64,000 nucleotides of DNA from Acidobacteriota bacterium (lineage in GTDB: Bacteria > Acidobacteriota > B3-B38 > Guanabaribacteriales > JAGGZT01), in assembly GCA_021161905.1 (NCBI GenBank), contig JAGGZT010000060.1, forward strand, positions 776 through 64,775. The letters run 5' to 3'. Of this stretch, positions 10,111-18,846 are shown one piece after another. The position numbers and the translations under genes are program-made. Under the pieces are notes generated by a model, which worked only from the letters and a program-made list of their open reading frames with translations, searched no databases and had not been told where the DNA came from. Within the stretch, counting starts at the first letter, position 1. Every line of letters begins with the position of its first letter.

Positions 10111-11996
10111 TGATCTCCACCTTTTAAGCTAAGGATGCTCAGTAGATATACGATGACCCCGCCTATTCCAAGGAGTATCCTCACCGGGGACCAGCCTCCT
10201 GAGAAGAGAGGGGAAGTGGTTAGAAGAAAGGGATAGAGGAGAAAAGAGAGGAAAAGGATGAGCCAGGAAAAGGTCAACACCCCACCCCAACCAGCCTGTC
10301 CCCCCAATTGATGCCCTCCGCCGGGGAGGATGAGGGTAATTAGATAGCGGAGGAACTTTTTCTTGAATTGATACCTCCCTATCTGGGAAAGCTTTAACTC
10401 CTTTGCCTGAGGTGATACTCCGTCCCTCTTAATAAATAGATGATAACATTGAGAGCAGTAGGAGTTTTCCGGTATCCCTACTCGGCAACGGTAGCAGAAG
10501 GGTTTTCCACACATTTCGCAAACACGGGCGGTGGGTAGATCCCGAAACGCTATAGAGATGATAAGCACCAACAAAAGGGCGACAAAGCCACTTATAGTTA
10601 GAGGATTTAGGAGAATAGAACCCCAGATGGTTCCTGGATTGGATCTAACCCTCCTCCTTAGGAAATGGGAGAGATCTTTAAACGCCCAAGAAAGAAGTTC
10701 CTCCTTTGTTGGCTTCATATCTATTGTTCGGGCTTGGCTTTCGGATGGAGGAGGACTAAGGGAAGGCTCCAACCGCCGTGCTTCGTTCATCATCTTATTG
10801 GCTTGGTCAAAGTCAAGGAGTTCGGAATAGGCAAGGCTTAGGTTGTAATAAGGGATGGGATTTACTGGGTCCAGCTCTACCGCTCGTTTGTAATGTTCTA
10901 TAGCCAGTTCGGGATGACCAGAGAGAAAGAGGATATTCCCCCGATTATTATAAGCAAGGGAAAGCTCGGGATGCTTTTGGAGTAGCTTTCCATATTCTGC
11001 AAAGGCGAGATCGAACTTCTCCTCTCGCTGATATTCCAAAGCAAGGAGGATGTGAGCAGTCAAGTCATTCGATTCGGTCTTCACCATCTTTGTGAGATGG
11101 TGTTCCGTAATTGCGTCCAGCCGTTCCTCGATAAAATTAGCTGCCACTTCCAGCTTAGGAGAGCGGGAGAAATCAAGCAGTCCTAAAGAGAGGTTGGTTA
11201 TCGGGAAAAGGAAGGTCATCATGATGAGGCTTACCCAGGCAAAAAGTTTTTCCGCCCCCTTATAGTAACGCCAAGAGATTATCATAAGGTAGAGGATAAA
11301 TATTCCTGCTCCCAGGAATAGCAGAAGGGGGGCGAAGAGGTAGAAGATAGCCAACCCCGATACCAGAAGAGGTGGTAACCTTTCTCCCCAAAACTCCTCA
11401 AAATCATGACGGATCTGTTTATGGTATTTGATTAGCTTTAGGATGAGAAAGGTGAGGATACCAGCGACAGAGGAGAGTAAAAGGAGATAGAGGATATTCA
11501 TCAAAATAAGATAACGCCCTAAAAGGCTTCTTGTTGATGCCCTTATCCCCTTTAGGTACCATTTGGCTGCTGGGATTATATCTGAGTTTTTGAGAGATAT
11601 TCTACCTAATAGATAGTAACTTGGAGAAAGATAGGGATCGAGGGAGATCGCTTTCTTGAGGTCGTTCCTTGCCTCTTTGTATATCCCTTTATTAAAAAAT
11701 GTCCTTGCTTCGGTAAAATAAGCGCCGGCAAGCTCAGGGAGAGCTTTTATTCCTCCTTCTTTTGCCAGTCTTAAGATCTCACTATCCAACTCCTCTACCT
11801 GAGGTAGATTTCTGTCCGCCATTAACCTTCTTCTTCTCTGCCAGAGCGAACGAAGTCTACCGGGAAGAGAGAGAGAGATTCCTTCATCCGCTACTTTAGC
11901 CTCATCGATGAGAGGGGGTTGAATGGAGGAAAAAGAAGGAAGAGAAAGACAGAATATGGTAGCTATCACCAAAAGCAAAACAATAGTTCTTCTCAT
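10101..11996 (-). CDS. Polytopic membrane protein with TPR repeats and a Cys6 zinc ribbon.
   Basis: Signal/TM N-terminus, several TPR-like repeats, multiple TM helices, CEMCGKPFCYRCRVGIPENSYCSQCYH motif, Gly-rich C-terminal TM pair. Confidence 0.6.
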   Translation of the reverse strand: MRRTIVLLLVIATIFCLSLPSFSSIQPPLIDEAKVADEGISLSLPGRLRSLWQRRRRLMADRNLPQVEELDSEILRLAKEGGIKALPELAGAYFTEARTFFNKGIYKEARNDLKKAISLDPYLSPSYYLLGRISLKNSDIIPAAKWYLKGIRASTRSLLGRYLILMNILYLLLLSSVAGILTFLILKLIKYHKQIRHDFEEFWGERLPPLLVSGLAIFYLFAPLLLFLGAGIFILYLMIISWRYYKGAEKLFAWVSLIMMTFLFPITNLSLGLLDFSRSPKLEVAANFIEERLDAITEHHLTKMVKTESNDLTAHILLALEYQREEKFDLAFAEYGKLLQKHPELSLAYNNRGNILFLSGHPELAIEHYKRAVELDPVNPIPYYNLSLAYSELLDFDQANKMMNEARRLEPSLSPPPSESQARTIDMKPTKEELLSWAFKDLSHFLRRRVRSNPGTIWGSILLNPLTISGFVALLLVLIISIAFRDLPTARVCEMCGKPFCYRCRVGIPENSYCSQCYHLFIKRDGVSPQAKELKLSQIGRYQFKKKFLRYLITLILPGGGHQLGGQAGWGGVLTFSWLILFLSFLLYPFLLTTSPLFSGGWSPVRILLGIGGVIVYLLSILSLKGGDQWH

Positions 11997-12004
11997 TTCC
12001 GCTA

Positions 12005-12370
12005 TTAAAGTTTGATGAATTTGCTCTTCGCCAGATATGCCATCCTGAGTTCGTAAAGGACCTCTTCGATCAACCTCGTTTCCTCCTCGGTCCTGTTTCC
12101 TTCGGTCTTTTTCTTAAGCATATCGATTATGTCTATTATCTGGCGAGCAGCAGTAAGGTCGACCCTTTCCTTCTCCTTTCCTGGAGCTCCTCCCAGGTTA
12201 ACAAGGGCTGAAGCGGCTAACGACATAATGAACGAGCTAAAGGTAATGAGGGGATCTTTTTTTCTTCCTTCCTCTTCCCTTTTTTCCTGAGTTTCCTTTT
12301 TTGATTTCCCCCCTTCCTTTAATGGATCTCTCTCGATAGTATTGGATTTCCTCTTCCCTCTGTTGCCCAT
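12005..12370 (-). CDS. DUF1844-like small protein.
   Basis: 121 aa; charged N-terminus then conserved FSSFIMSLAASALVNLG...ARQIIDIIDML core; 9 nt upstream of the TPR membrane gene. Confidence 0.5.
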   Translation of the reverse strand: MGNRGKRKSNTIERDPLKEGGKSKKETQEKREEEGRKKDPLITFSSFIMSLAASALVNLGGAPGKEKERVDLTAARQIIDIIDMLKKKTEGNRTEEETRLIEEVLYELRMAYLAKSKFIKL

Positions 12371-12451
12371 AGCAAAGAGAAAAACTTTGCTTTATCTTGG
12401 CTTTTATATTTTATCATTTGAAAAATATTAAGACAAGGAAAAAAGGAATGC

Positions 12452-12480
12452 TTGTATGGAAGGGATGGCTCCCGTATAAT
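12452..12480 (+). promoter_or_regulatory. Putative sigma-70 promoter for mazG.
   Basis: TTGTAT, 17-nt spacer, TATAAT ending 23 nt before the mazG ATG. Confidence 0.35.
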
Positions 12481-12502
12481 AAAATTTTTAGGAGTAGTAA
12501 GG

Positions 12503-13291
12503 ATGGAAAAAAGATTTGCCAGTCTGGTTGAACTTGTTGCTTTTCTGAGAAGTGAGAAGGGGTGTCCTTGGGATAGGGAGCAGACTTTGGATACGGTGAG
12601 GTCCTATCTCGTTGAGGAGACTTATGAAGTGGTGGAGGCTATCGAGGAACGGGATTTTCAGAAGCTTAAGGAGGAGCTGGGAGATCTCCTTTTCGAACTG
12701 GTTTTTGTAGCTCAACTGGCAAAGGAAAGGGGAAAATTCGAGATCTCCGATGTTATCTCCGGGATAGTGGAGAAGATGATCAAGCGACATCCCCATGTAT
12801 TCGGGGGGAGGAGGGCGGAATCGCCTTCCGAGGTGGTACGAAATTGGAATGAATTGAAAAAAAAGGAGAGGAACCCCGCTTCCCTTCTTGATGGCGTTCC
12901 TAACGGTGCGCCTTCCCTCCTTCGTGCTTATCAATTGACCGAGCGAGCAGCGCGGGTTGGCTTTGACTGGCGCGAGTTGGACGAGATCCTGGATAAGCTT
13001 TTTGAAGAACTCTCCGAACTCAAAAGAGCGAGAGAGAAGGGGGAGGCGAAGGAGGTGGAGGATGAGGTCGGAGACCTTCTTTTCGTGGTAGCCAACATAG
13101 CTCGCTTCTTGGGAATAAATCCTGAGATCGCCCTTGCCCGGGCGAATCGGAGGTTTGAAGGTCGTTTCCGTTACCTTGAGCAAAAACTCAAGGAAAAGGG
13201 AATTATGCTGGAGGAGGCGAGCTTAGTAGAGATGGAGGAGTTATGGCAGGAGTCAAAGGGTAAAGAGAGGAAAGTGGAGGTTGATAGATGA
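12503..13291 (+). CDS. mazG: Nucleoside triphosphate pyrophosphohydrolase MazG.
   Basis: Tandem MazG domains (CPWDREQT...EETYEV..EE..DLLF; second EELSEL...EVGDLLF); start chosen at ATG 12503 in the 12452 ORF frame. Confidence 0.85.
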   Translation: MEKRFASLVELVAFLRSEKGCPWDREQTLDTVRSYLVEETYEVVEAIEERDFQKLKEELGDLLFELVFVAQLAKERGKFEISDVISGIVEKMIKRHPHVFGGRRAESPSEVVRNWNELKKKERNPASLLDGVPNGAPSLLRAYQLTERAARVGFDWRELDEILDKLFEELSELKRAREKGEAKEVEDEVGDLLFVVANIARFLGINPEIALARANRRFEGRFRYLEQKLKEKGIMLEEASLVEMEELWQESKGKERKVEVDR

Positions 13292-13878
13292 AGAAATTAC
13301 TCCCGATCGTTTTGATAATTCTTTTTTCTCTATCGGCTTTAGCCGAAGAGAAACCCTTAAGGGTCGAGGTGAGCCCGTTTTTGGGCACCGTCTTCAAAAG
13401 CGATTTCTCCCTTTCGGGGAACATCGAGTACCATCATGATTATCGGTATCTCGCTGGGGGAAAGTTGGCGGTTTTCTTCAATGATAGTATTGGGGTAGAA
13501 GGTTATTTCGCCTACTCACTTTCCTCCGTTTTCGTCATCGATAATGAGGCTGAGAAGACGGAAAAGACCCGCTATTCCACTCTGATCTATGGTGGGGACC
13601 TGGTGGTCAATCTGGGTAAACTCGATGTAATACCCTTCCTCGCTGCCGGGGTGGCTCGGATCTCGTATCGGGTGCCGGATGAAGGTTCCCCCTTCTCCGT
13701 CCGGGGGAGCCATTATGAGCTCAATGTAGGCGGTGGAATGAAATATTACTGGTTCGAGTGGCTCGCCTTTCGTGGCGATTTTCGCTGGCGGTTCATCTTT
13801 CTCGGTGGGGGGGATCTACCCACCTATACCAGTTATTTTGAGTTCACTGGTGGGGTATCATTTGTTTTAAGAAAGTAG
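13288..13878 (+). CDS. Small outer-membrane beta-barrel protein (OmpW/OmpA-like 8-strand family).
   Basis: Signal peptide MKKLLPIVLIILFSLSALA, alternating amphipathic beta-strand pattern rich in Y/F/G; overlaps the mazG stop. Confidence 0.6.
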   Translation: MKKLLPIVLIILFSLSALAEEKPLRVEVSPFLGTVFKSDFSLSGNIEYHHDYRYLAGGKLAVFFNDSIGVEGYFAYSLSSVFVIDNEAEKTEKTRYSTLIYGGDLVVNLGKLDVIPFLAAGVARISYRVPDEGSPFSVRGSHYELNVGGGMKYYWFEWLAFRGDFRWRFIFLGGGDLPTYTSYFEFTGGVSFVLRK

Positions 13879-13884
13879 CCTGAG

Positions 13885-14568
13885 ATGTCGAAGGAGGAGA
13901 ACTATCGCTGGCTTAAGGAGCGGGCGGAGAAGGAGGGGATGGTTCTTTTCGGGGTGGCTGATTTCACCCGCTACGATCGGGAACATTATCTTTCCCCAAA
14001 GGAGATAGAGGGGCTATCCTATGCCATCTCGATGGGGGTAAGGCTTTCTAAGGCGGTCCTCGCTGGTATTGAAGATGGTCCTACTCTCCTTTATTCCTGG
14101 CACTACCGCCAGGCGAACATCCAACTCGATAAAACCGCTTTCCTCATCGCCAACCTAATCCAGGAGAGAGGATATCGCAGTCTTCCCATTCCCGCTTCTC
14201 AGATCGTCGATTGGCGGAAACAGGTGGCACATCTCTCCCATAAGCATATCGCTCGCTTGGCAGGATTGGGCTGGATCGGTAGGAATAACCTCCTGGTAAC
14301 CCCTGAATATGGGGCACAGGTGCGGTTGGTTACCGTTCTCACCGATCTCCCTTTGCCCGTGGCGGATAGAGTCTTGCCCTTTGGCTGTGGCGACTGTTTT
14401 TCCTGTATCTCTGCCTGTCCTGTATCTGCCCTGGGGGAAAGGGCAGAGGATTACTCCTTTGAACGATGTTTTGATAAATTGACCTATTTCTGTAAAAAGA
14501 AGAACCTGGGGCTTTATATCTGTGGGATATGCGTTAAGGCGTGCCCAGGAAGGGGGGTTAAGGATTAA
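13885..14568 (+). CDS. Short QueG-like protein (epoxyqueuosine-reductase-related, DUF1730-like plus 2x[4Fe-4S] ferredoxin). It lacks a long C-terminal extension.
   Basis: AGLGWIGRNNLLVTPEYGAQVRLVTVLTDLPL resembles the QueG signature; CGDCFSCISACP and CGICVKACP cluster motifs. Confidence 0.5.
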   Translation: MSKEENYRWLKERAEKEGMVLFGVADFTRYDREHYLSPKEIEGLSYAISMGVRLSKAVLAGIEDGPTLLYSWHYRQANIQLDKTAFLIANLIQERGYRSLPIPASQIVDWRKQVAHLSHKHIARLAGLGWIGRNNLLVTPEYGAQVRLVTVLTDLPLPVADRVLPFGCGDCFSCISACPVSALGERAEDYSFERCFDKLTYFCKKKNLGLYICGICVKACPGRGVKD

Positions 14569-15871
14569 CCCGATCGAAAAATCCTATCCAATCAAGTCTA
14601 TATTCCAAAGGACCAGTTAGTTCGCGAAAACCACCCCGCTTAAGGCGGGGGGATTGGTCCTTTACCTGGGAGAAAGTGGAGGAGAGCCACCGGGCTATGC
14701 CCTCGATCAACCTTCCCCGGTCCTCTTTTAGAATATCACGAGAAAGGCGGGTTTTTTCCCTTTCATTTATGGTAATCTTCTCTAAGAAGGGATAGGTCGC
14801 CGAGAGTTTCTCTTTCGTTTTTCTCAGATAGTAAAGGGTAATAAAGTCTCCTACTTCCTCCTTAAGTCTCGTTTCAATGAGTTGGATCGCCTGCATCAAA
14901 AGGGGCGCCACTATATCCCGGTTGGCAAGTAGGAGGGGGACCACCTCGTTCAGGGTTTCCATCACCTGTTGGTGCTGTTGGTTCACCTTTTCTATCCTCT
15001 CCGGAAGTTCGCTTTCCTCTGCCTGAGGCCAGGCTTTCTCTATCTTCTTGTATATCTGACCTTCACTTATCACCAAGGTGGTTATCCGCCCTTCCCCTGT
15101 GGTATAGAGTTCAGTTTGTATCTGATAGTTTTTCCCGCTTATCTCTATTGAGGAGAGGCGTCCCAGGGAGGAACCGCTCATCCCCGCTTCCAAAGCCGAT
15201 GAGGGAGGTTTTTTCTCCCCCTCCTCTTCCTTTATTTCCCTCTTCGCCAGGTTAAATGGATATTGGATGATGACAAATTTCCCTTCCGTTAACTTGAGTA
15301 ATTTCTCAATCGCCTCCTCTTCCCTTTTTCCACCAGCTTTTACCTCCTTGACCCTACCACCCTCAAATCGGATGACAAATTTATCGTTCCCTTCATTTAT
15401 TAGCAGTTCGCCAGTCAAAAAGTTGTCCTCGCAACCTTTTATGAGCTCGGCGACGCTCAACTCGCTGAGTGTTCCTCCAATGAAGGAACTGCCCCCTTTG
15501 TCTCTTATTAGCTCCTCCTTTAAGAACAGTTCCACTCTCAGAGCAAGGTCTTTGGGGCGGAAGGGTTTTGTGAGATAATCATCGGCTCCCATTTTTAGGG
15601 CGTTTGCTATTAAGGGAAACCGGTCTTCCGGAGCAAGGATGATAACGGCAGGCCGAGGAGAGGATTTGAAGAAGAGAGGAAGAAGAGAGATATCCTCCTC
15701 CTCTGCTACATCAAGGACGACTATATCGGGAGGGTTCTCCTCCATCCTTTTCCCAGCATCCTTTATATTCTGCTCCAACTCCAATGAAAGAGGTAACTCG
15801 GAAAGGGCGCTTTCTGCCTTGGTCAAAACGACCCTTTCCCTTCCCGCAATAAGAACTCGTTTCTCGCTCAT
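14558..15871 (-). CDS. Response-regulator receiver domain (partly degenerate) fused to a DUF4388 domain and a C-terminal region.
   Basis: REC-like N-terminus: DIVVLDV, ...DDYLTKPF; the acidic DD pair and the conserved T/S are substituted. Central GGTLSELSVAELIKG... resembles DUF4388. Confidence 0.6.
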   Translation of the reverse strand: MSEKRVLIAGRERVVLTKAESALSELPLSLELEQNIKDAGKRMEENPPDIVVLDVAEEEDISLLPLFFKSSPRPAVIILAPEDRFPLIANALKMGADDYLTKPFRPKDLALRVELFLKEELIRDKGGSSFIGGTLSELSVAELIKGCEDNFLTGELLINEGNDKFVIRFEGGRVKEVKAGGKREEEAIEKLLKLTEGKFVIIQYPFNLAKREIKEEEGEKKPPSSALEAGMSGSSLGRLSSIEISGKNYQIQTELYTTGEGRITTLVISEGQIYKKIEKAWPQAEESELPERIEKVNQQHQQVMETLNEVVPLLLANRDIVAPLLMQAIQLIETRLKEEVGDFITLYYLRKTKEKLSATYPFLEKITINEREKTRLSRDILKEDRGRLIEGIARWLSSTFSQVKDQSPRLKRGGFRELTGPLEYRLDWIGFFDRVNP

Positions 15872-16009
15872 CTTTTTCCCTTTAGCGAACTTATTTTAGC
15901 AAAATAAATTATTTTGGGTCAAATAATCTTATTTCCCTTTCTTGACAGATGGGGGGTGTCTTGGGTAAACTTTAGCTCTATCCCCAAGCGATTGGGAAAG
16001 AGGAGCGAG

Positions 16010-16297
16010 ATGTTTTTCCGATTTTTGTTGGTCTTCTTCTTTCTTATTACCCTTGTCTATTTTTTGAGGAACCTCGTTCACTATCTTCTCAAAGGATTGG
16101 GAGCAGGTAGGAAGGTGAGGGAGGCTGGGACAAAGAGGGAGATCCACGGGGGGCAAATGGTCAGGGATCCGGTATGCGGTATCTACCTTCCGAAAGACAT
16201 AGCGATAAGAAAGGTTATCCAAGGTAAGGAGTTCTATTTCTGCTCCGAAGAGTGCAAAAAGAGGTTTACGAGTGATGGAAGGGTGGAGAGAGGTTGA
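16010..16297 (+). CDS. Small membrane-anchored YHS/TRASH-domain protein.
   Basis: N-terminal TM (FFRFLLVFFFLITLVYF) then DPVCGIYL...FYFCSEECKKRF (YHS-like metal-binding motif); RBS AGGAG; overlaps the gmhA start by 26 nt. Confidence 0.5.
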   Translation: MFFRFLLVFFFLITLVYFLRNLVHYLLKGLGAGRKVREAGTKREIHGGQMVRDPVCGIYLPKDIAIRKVIQGKEFYFCSEECKKRFTSDGRVERG

Positions 16298-16877
16298 AGC
16301 TTTGGTAAGAAGGAAGGGAAAGGAGCTTGCCTCCTTTTACCAGAGGTTTCTTCAAGATGAAGCGGGAGCGATCGTCAAGATAGCCGAGGTCATCTGGGGA
16401 GCTCTGGAGCAGGGGAGGAAAGTTCTCTTCTTTGGAAATGGGGGAAGTGCCGCTGATGCTCAGCACCTTGCTGGAGAGTTGGTGAACCGGGTTAAGGCCC
16501 CTCGGAAACCCCTTCCTGCTATGGCGTTAACGGTCAATTCGTCAGTGCTTACCTCGATCGCTAATGACCTCGATTATTCCCAGGTCTTCAGCCTCCAGAT
16601 AGAGGCTTTGGGGAGAGAGGGCGATGTGGCGGTGGGGATAAGCACCTCCGGGCTTTCGGAGAATGTCATCGCCGGATTGCTCACCGCCCGAAAACTTGGG
16701 CTTATCACTGTGGGTTTCACGGGAAGGGATGGGGGAAGGCTGAAGGAGATAGTGGATCACCTCCTCCTCGTGCCCCATAAGGAAACTCCAAGGATCCAAG
16801 AAGGGCACATAACCGCCGGGCATCTCATCTGTGAACTGATAGAGGAAAGGTTGGTAAAGGGGAAGGAGGGGGAATGA
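16272..16877 (+). CDS. gmhA: D-sedoheptulose-7-phosphate isomerase (SIS domain).
   Basis: GNGGSAADAQHLAGEL and ISTSG SIS motifs; about 200 aa. Confidence 0.8.
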   Translation: MMEGWREVEALVRRKGKELASFYQRFLQDEAGAIVKIAEVIWGALEQGRKVLFFGNGGSAADAQHLAGELVNRVKAPRKPLPAMALTVNSSVLTSIANDLDYSQVFSLQIEALGREGDVAVGISTSGLSENVIAGLLTARKLGLITVGFTGRDGGRLKEIVDHLLLVPHKETPRIQEGHITAGHLICELIEERLVKGKEGE

Positions 16878-17827
16878 GCAGGTATCGGATAAAACCGGTG
16901 GACTTAGGGAAGGGCAGATTCCGCTCCCTTTCGAGAAGAAGGAGTCTCGTTAATTCCTCGATGTTCGCCAACCCTCATCGTAAGGGGAGGTCCTTTCGTA
17001 AATTTATGGAATCACTTCCTGACATTCTGGGGGCAAAGGGTATCAGGACGCTTGCCGAAAGGATAGTTGCTGCAAGAAGGGGTGAGAAACCGGTCGTTTT
17101 GGCGATGGGTGCCCATCCCATCAAATGCGGCCTTTCCCCTATATTGATCGACCTTGTCGAGCGGGGGATCATCACCGGGGTGGCAATAAATGGAGCGGTG
17201 GCGATCCACGATATAGAGATCGCTCTTGCCGGGCATACCTCGGAGGATGTTGTGGCAGGTCTTTCCGATGGGATGTTTGGGATGACCAAGGAGCCTGGGG
17301 AGCTCTTTGCTAAGGCTTCTTCCCGGGTAATGGCGGAGGGAATAGGCTTTGGTGAGGCGTTGGGAGCGGAGTTGGAGGTGCTCTCTCCTCCTTATGGGAA
17401 GTACTCCCTCCTTCTTTCCTGTTATCGGAAGGAGGTGCCACTGACCGTCCATATAGCTATCGGAACGGATACGGTACATCTGAACCCGAGACTTTCCCCG
17501 AAGGGGATAGGTGAAGGGAGTCATATCGATTTCAGGTTGTTCATCTCCTTGGTATCCGAGCTTCCCGGAGGAGGGGTTTACCTCAATCTCGGTTCAGCAG
17601 TGGTTCTCCCCGAGGTTTTCCTTAAAGCAATAGCCTGGCTCAGGAATCAGGGAGTGGTTTTCTCCGGCTTCACTGTAGCGAGTTTCGATTTCATTCGCCA
17701 ATATCGGGTGAAGGAGAATGTCCTCAAGAGACCTTGTGTGGAAGGAGGGGAGAGCATCGAGATAATCGGACACCATGAGCTCACCATCCCTTTACTTTCG
17801 GCGATGGTGGTGGAGCTTTGTGAGTGA
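16874..17827 (+). CDS. Conserved protein, possibly deoxyhypusine-synthase-like fold. Assignment is tentative.
   Basis: Rossmann-like segments (LAMGAHPIKCGLSPILIDLVERGIITGVAINGAVAIHD, HIAIGTDTVHLNP, LNLGSAVVLPEVF) recall DHS-family topology. The position of the DHS catalytic Lys appears to be Pro. Confidence 0.35.
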   Translation: MSRYRIKPVDLGKGRFRSLSRRRSLVNSSMFANPHRKGRSFRKFMESLPDILGAKGIRTLAERIVAARRGEKPVVLAMGAHPIKCGLSPILIDLVERGIITGVAINGAVAIHDIEIALAGHTSEDVVAGLSDGMFGMTKEPGELFAKASSRVMAEGIGFGEALGAELEVLSPPYGKYSLLLSCYRKEVPLTVHIAIGTDTVHLNPRLSPKGIGEGSHIDFRLFISLVSELPGGGVYLNLGSAVVLPEVFLKAIAWLRNQGVVFSGFTVASFDFIRQYRVKENVLKRPCVEGGESIEIIGHHELTIPLLSAMVVELCE

Positions 17828-18444
17828 TGCTCCTTAAGGTTGGTCTTACCGGCGGTATTGCCTGTGGCAAAAGTACGGTGGCGGAAATGCTTTCCTCATT
17901 TGGTTGCTTCGTCTTCGATGCGGATAAGGAGGTGAGATCTCTTCTTGTGAAGGGCAGTCCTGTTTATAAAGAGGTCCTCTGCTCTTTTGGTGAAAAGATG
18001 TTGACGGATAAAGGAGAGATCGACAGGAGGAAGCTCGCCTCCCTCGTTTTCTCTAACGGGGAGAAGAGAAGAGAACTGGAGGAGATCATTCATCCTATGG
18101 TGATGGCGCGGGAGGAGGAATGGTGGCGGGAGCTCGATGCCATTCATCCTGAGGCGATAGCGGTTACCGATGCTCCACTCATTGTAGAGAAGGGGCTTAT
18201 CAGTAGGTATCATCGGTTGGTAGTGGTTATCTCCTCTCCTTCACTACAGCTTGAGCGTCTGATGGAAAGGGGGTTGAGTAAAAAGGAGGCGGAGCTTCGG
18301 ATGAGCGCTCAGCTTCCTTTAAAGGAGAAGGTGAGATATGCTCATTATGTGGTAGAAAATAATGGTGATCTAAGCGAGCTGAGGGAGAAGGTGGGGGCGC
18401 TTTACCACTTTCTTCTTTCCGAGCTTAAATCAATGAATCAATGA
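17824..18444 (+). CDS. coaE: Dephospho-CoA kinase.
   Basis: GLTGGIACGKST P-loop at the N-terminus; about 200 aa; typical CoaE layout. Confidence 0.85.
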   Translation: MMLLKVGLTGGIACGKSTVAEMLSSFGCFVFDADKEVRSLLVKGSPVYKEVLCSFGEKMLTDKGEIDRRKLASLVFSNGEKRRELEEIIHPMVMAREEEWWRELDAIHPEAIAVTDAPLIVEKGLISRYHRLVVVISSPSLQLERLMERGLSKKEAELRMSAQLPLKEKVRYAHYVVENNGDLSELREKVGALYHFLLSELKSMNQ

Positions 18445-18453
18445 GGAAATGAT

Positions 18454-18846
18454 ATGGAGAAAAAAAACGCCGTATTCGAGGCGATGGTGGAGGTGGGCTT
18501 TTCCGCCTCCCATATGATAAAGGGTTATCCGGGGAACTGTGCTAAGCTTCACGGTCATAATTTTAAGGTCAGGGTATATGTTCGCTCTCAGGAACTTGAT
18601 GAGTTGGGTCTGGTTATCGACTTCCGCATCTTAAAGAGAAGGACCGAGGAAATCCTGGCGGAACTCGACCATACCGTAATCAATGAACATCCCGACTTCA
18701 AGGGAGTAAACCCGAGCTCGGAGAACATCGCCCGGTGGCTTTTTGCTAAACTCTCCTCAGAGATAAACTCATCCCGCTACTTTCTCCATGCGGTTGAGGT
18801 GTGGGAATCGGATTCCTCCCGGGTGAGGTATTGGGAGGAGGGTTAA
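18454..18846 (+). CDS. queD: 6-carboxy-5,6,7,8-tetrahydropterin synthase (QueD/PTPS family).
   Basis: 130 aa; His/Cys/Glu active-site pattern (FSASHMI...CAKLHGHNFKV...). Confidence 0.8.
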   Translation: MEKKNAVFEAMVEVGFSASHMIKGYPGNCAKLHGHNFKVRVYVRSQELDELGLVIDFRILKRRTEEILAELDHTVINEHPDFKGVNPSSENIARWLFAKLSSEINSSRYFLHAVEVWESDSSRVRYWEEG

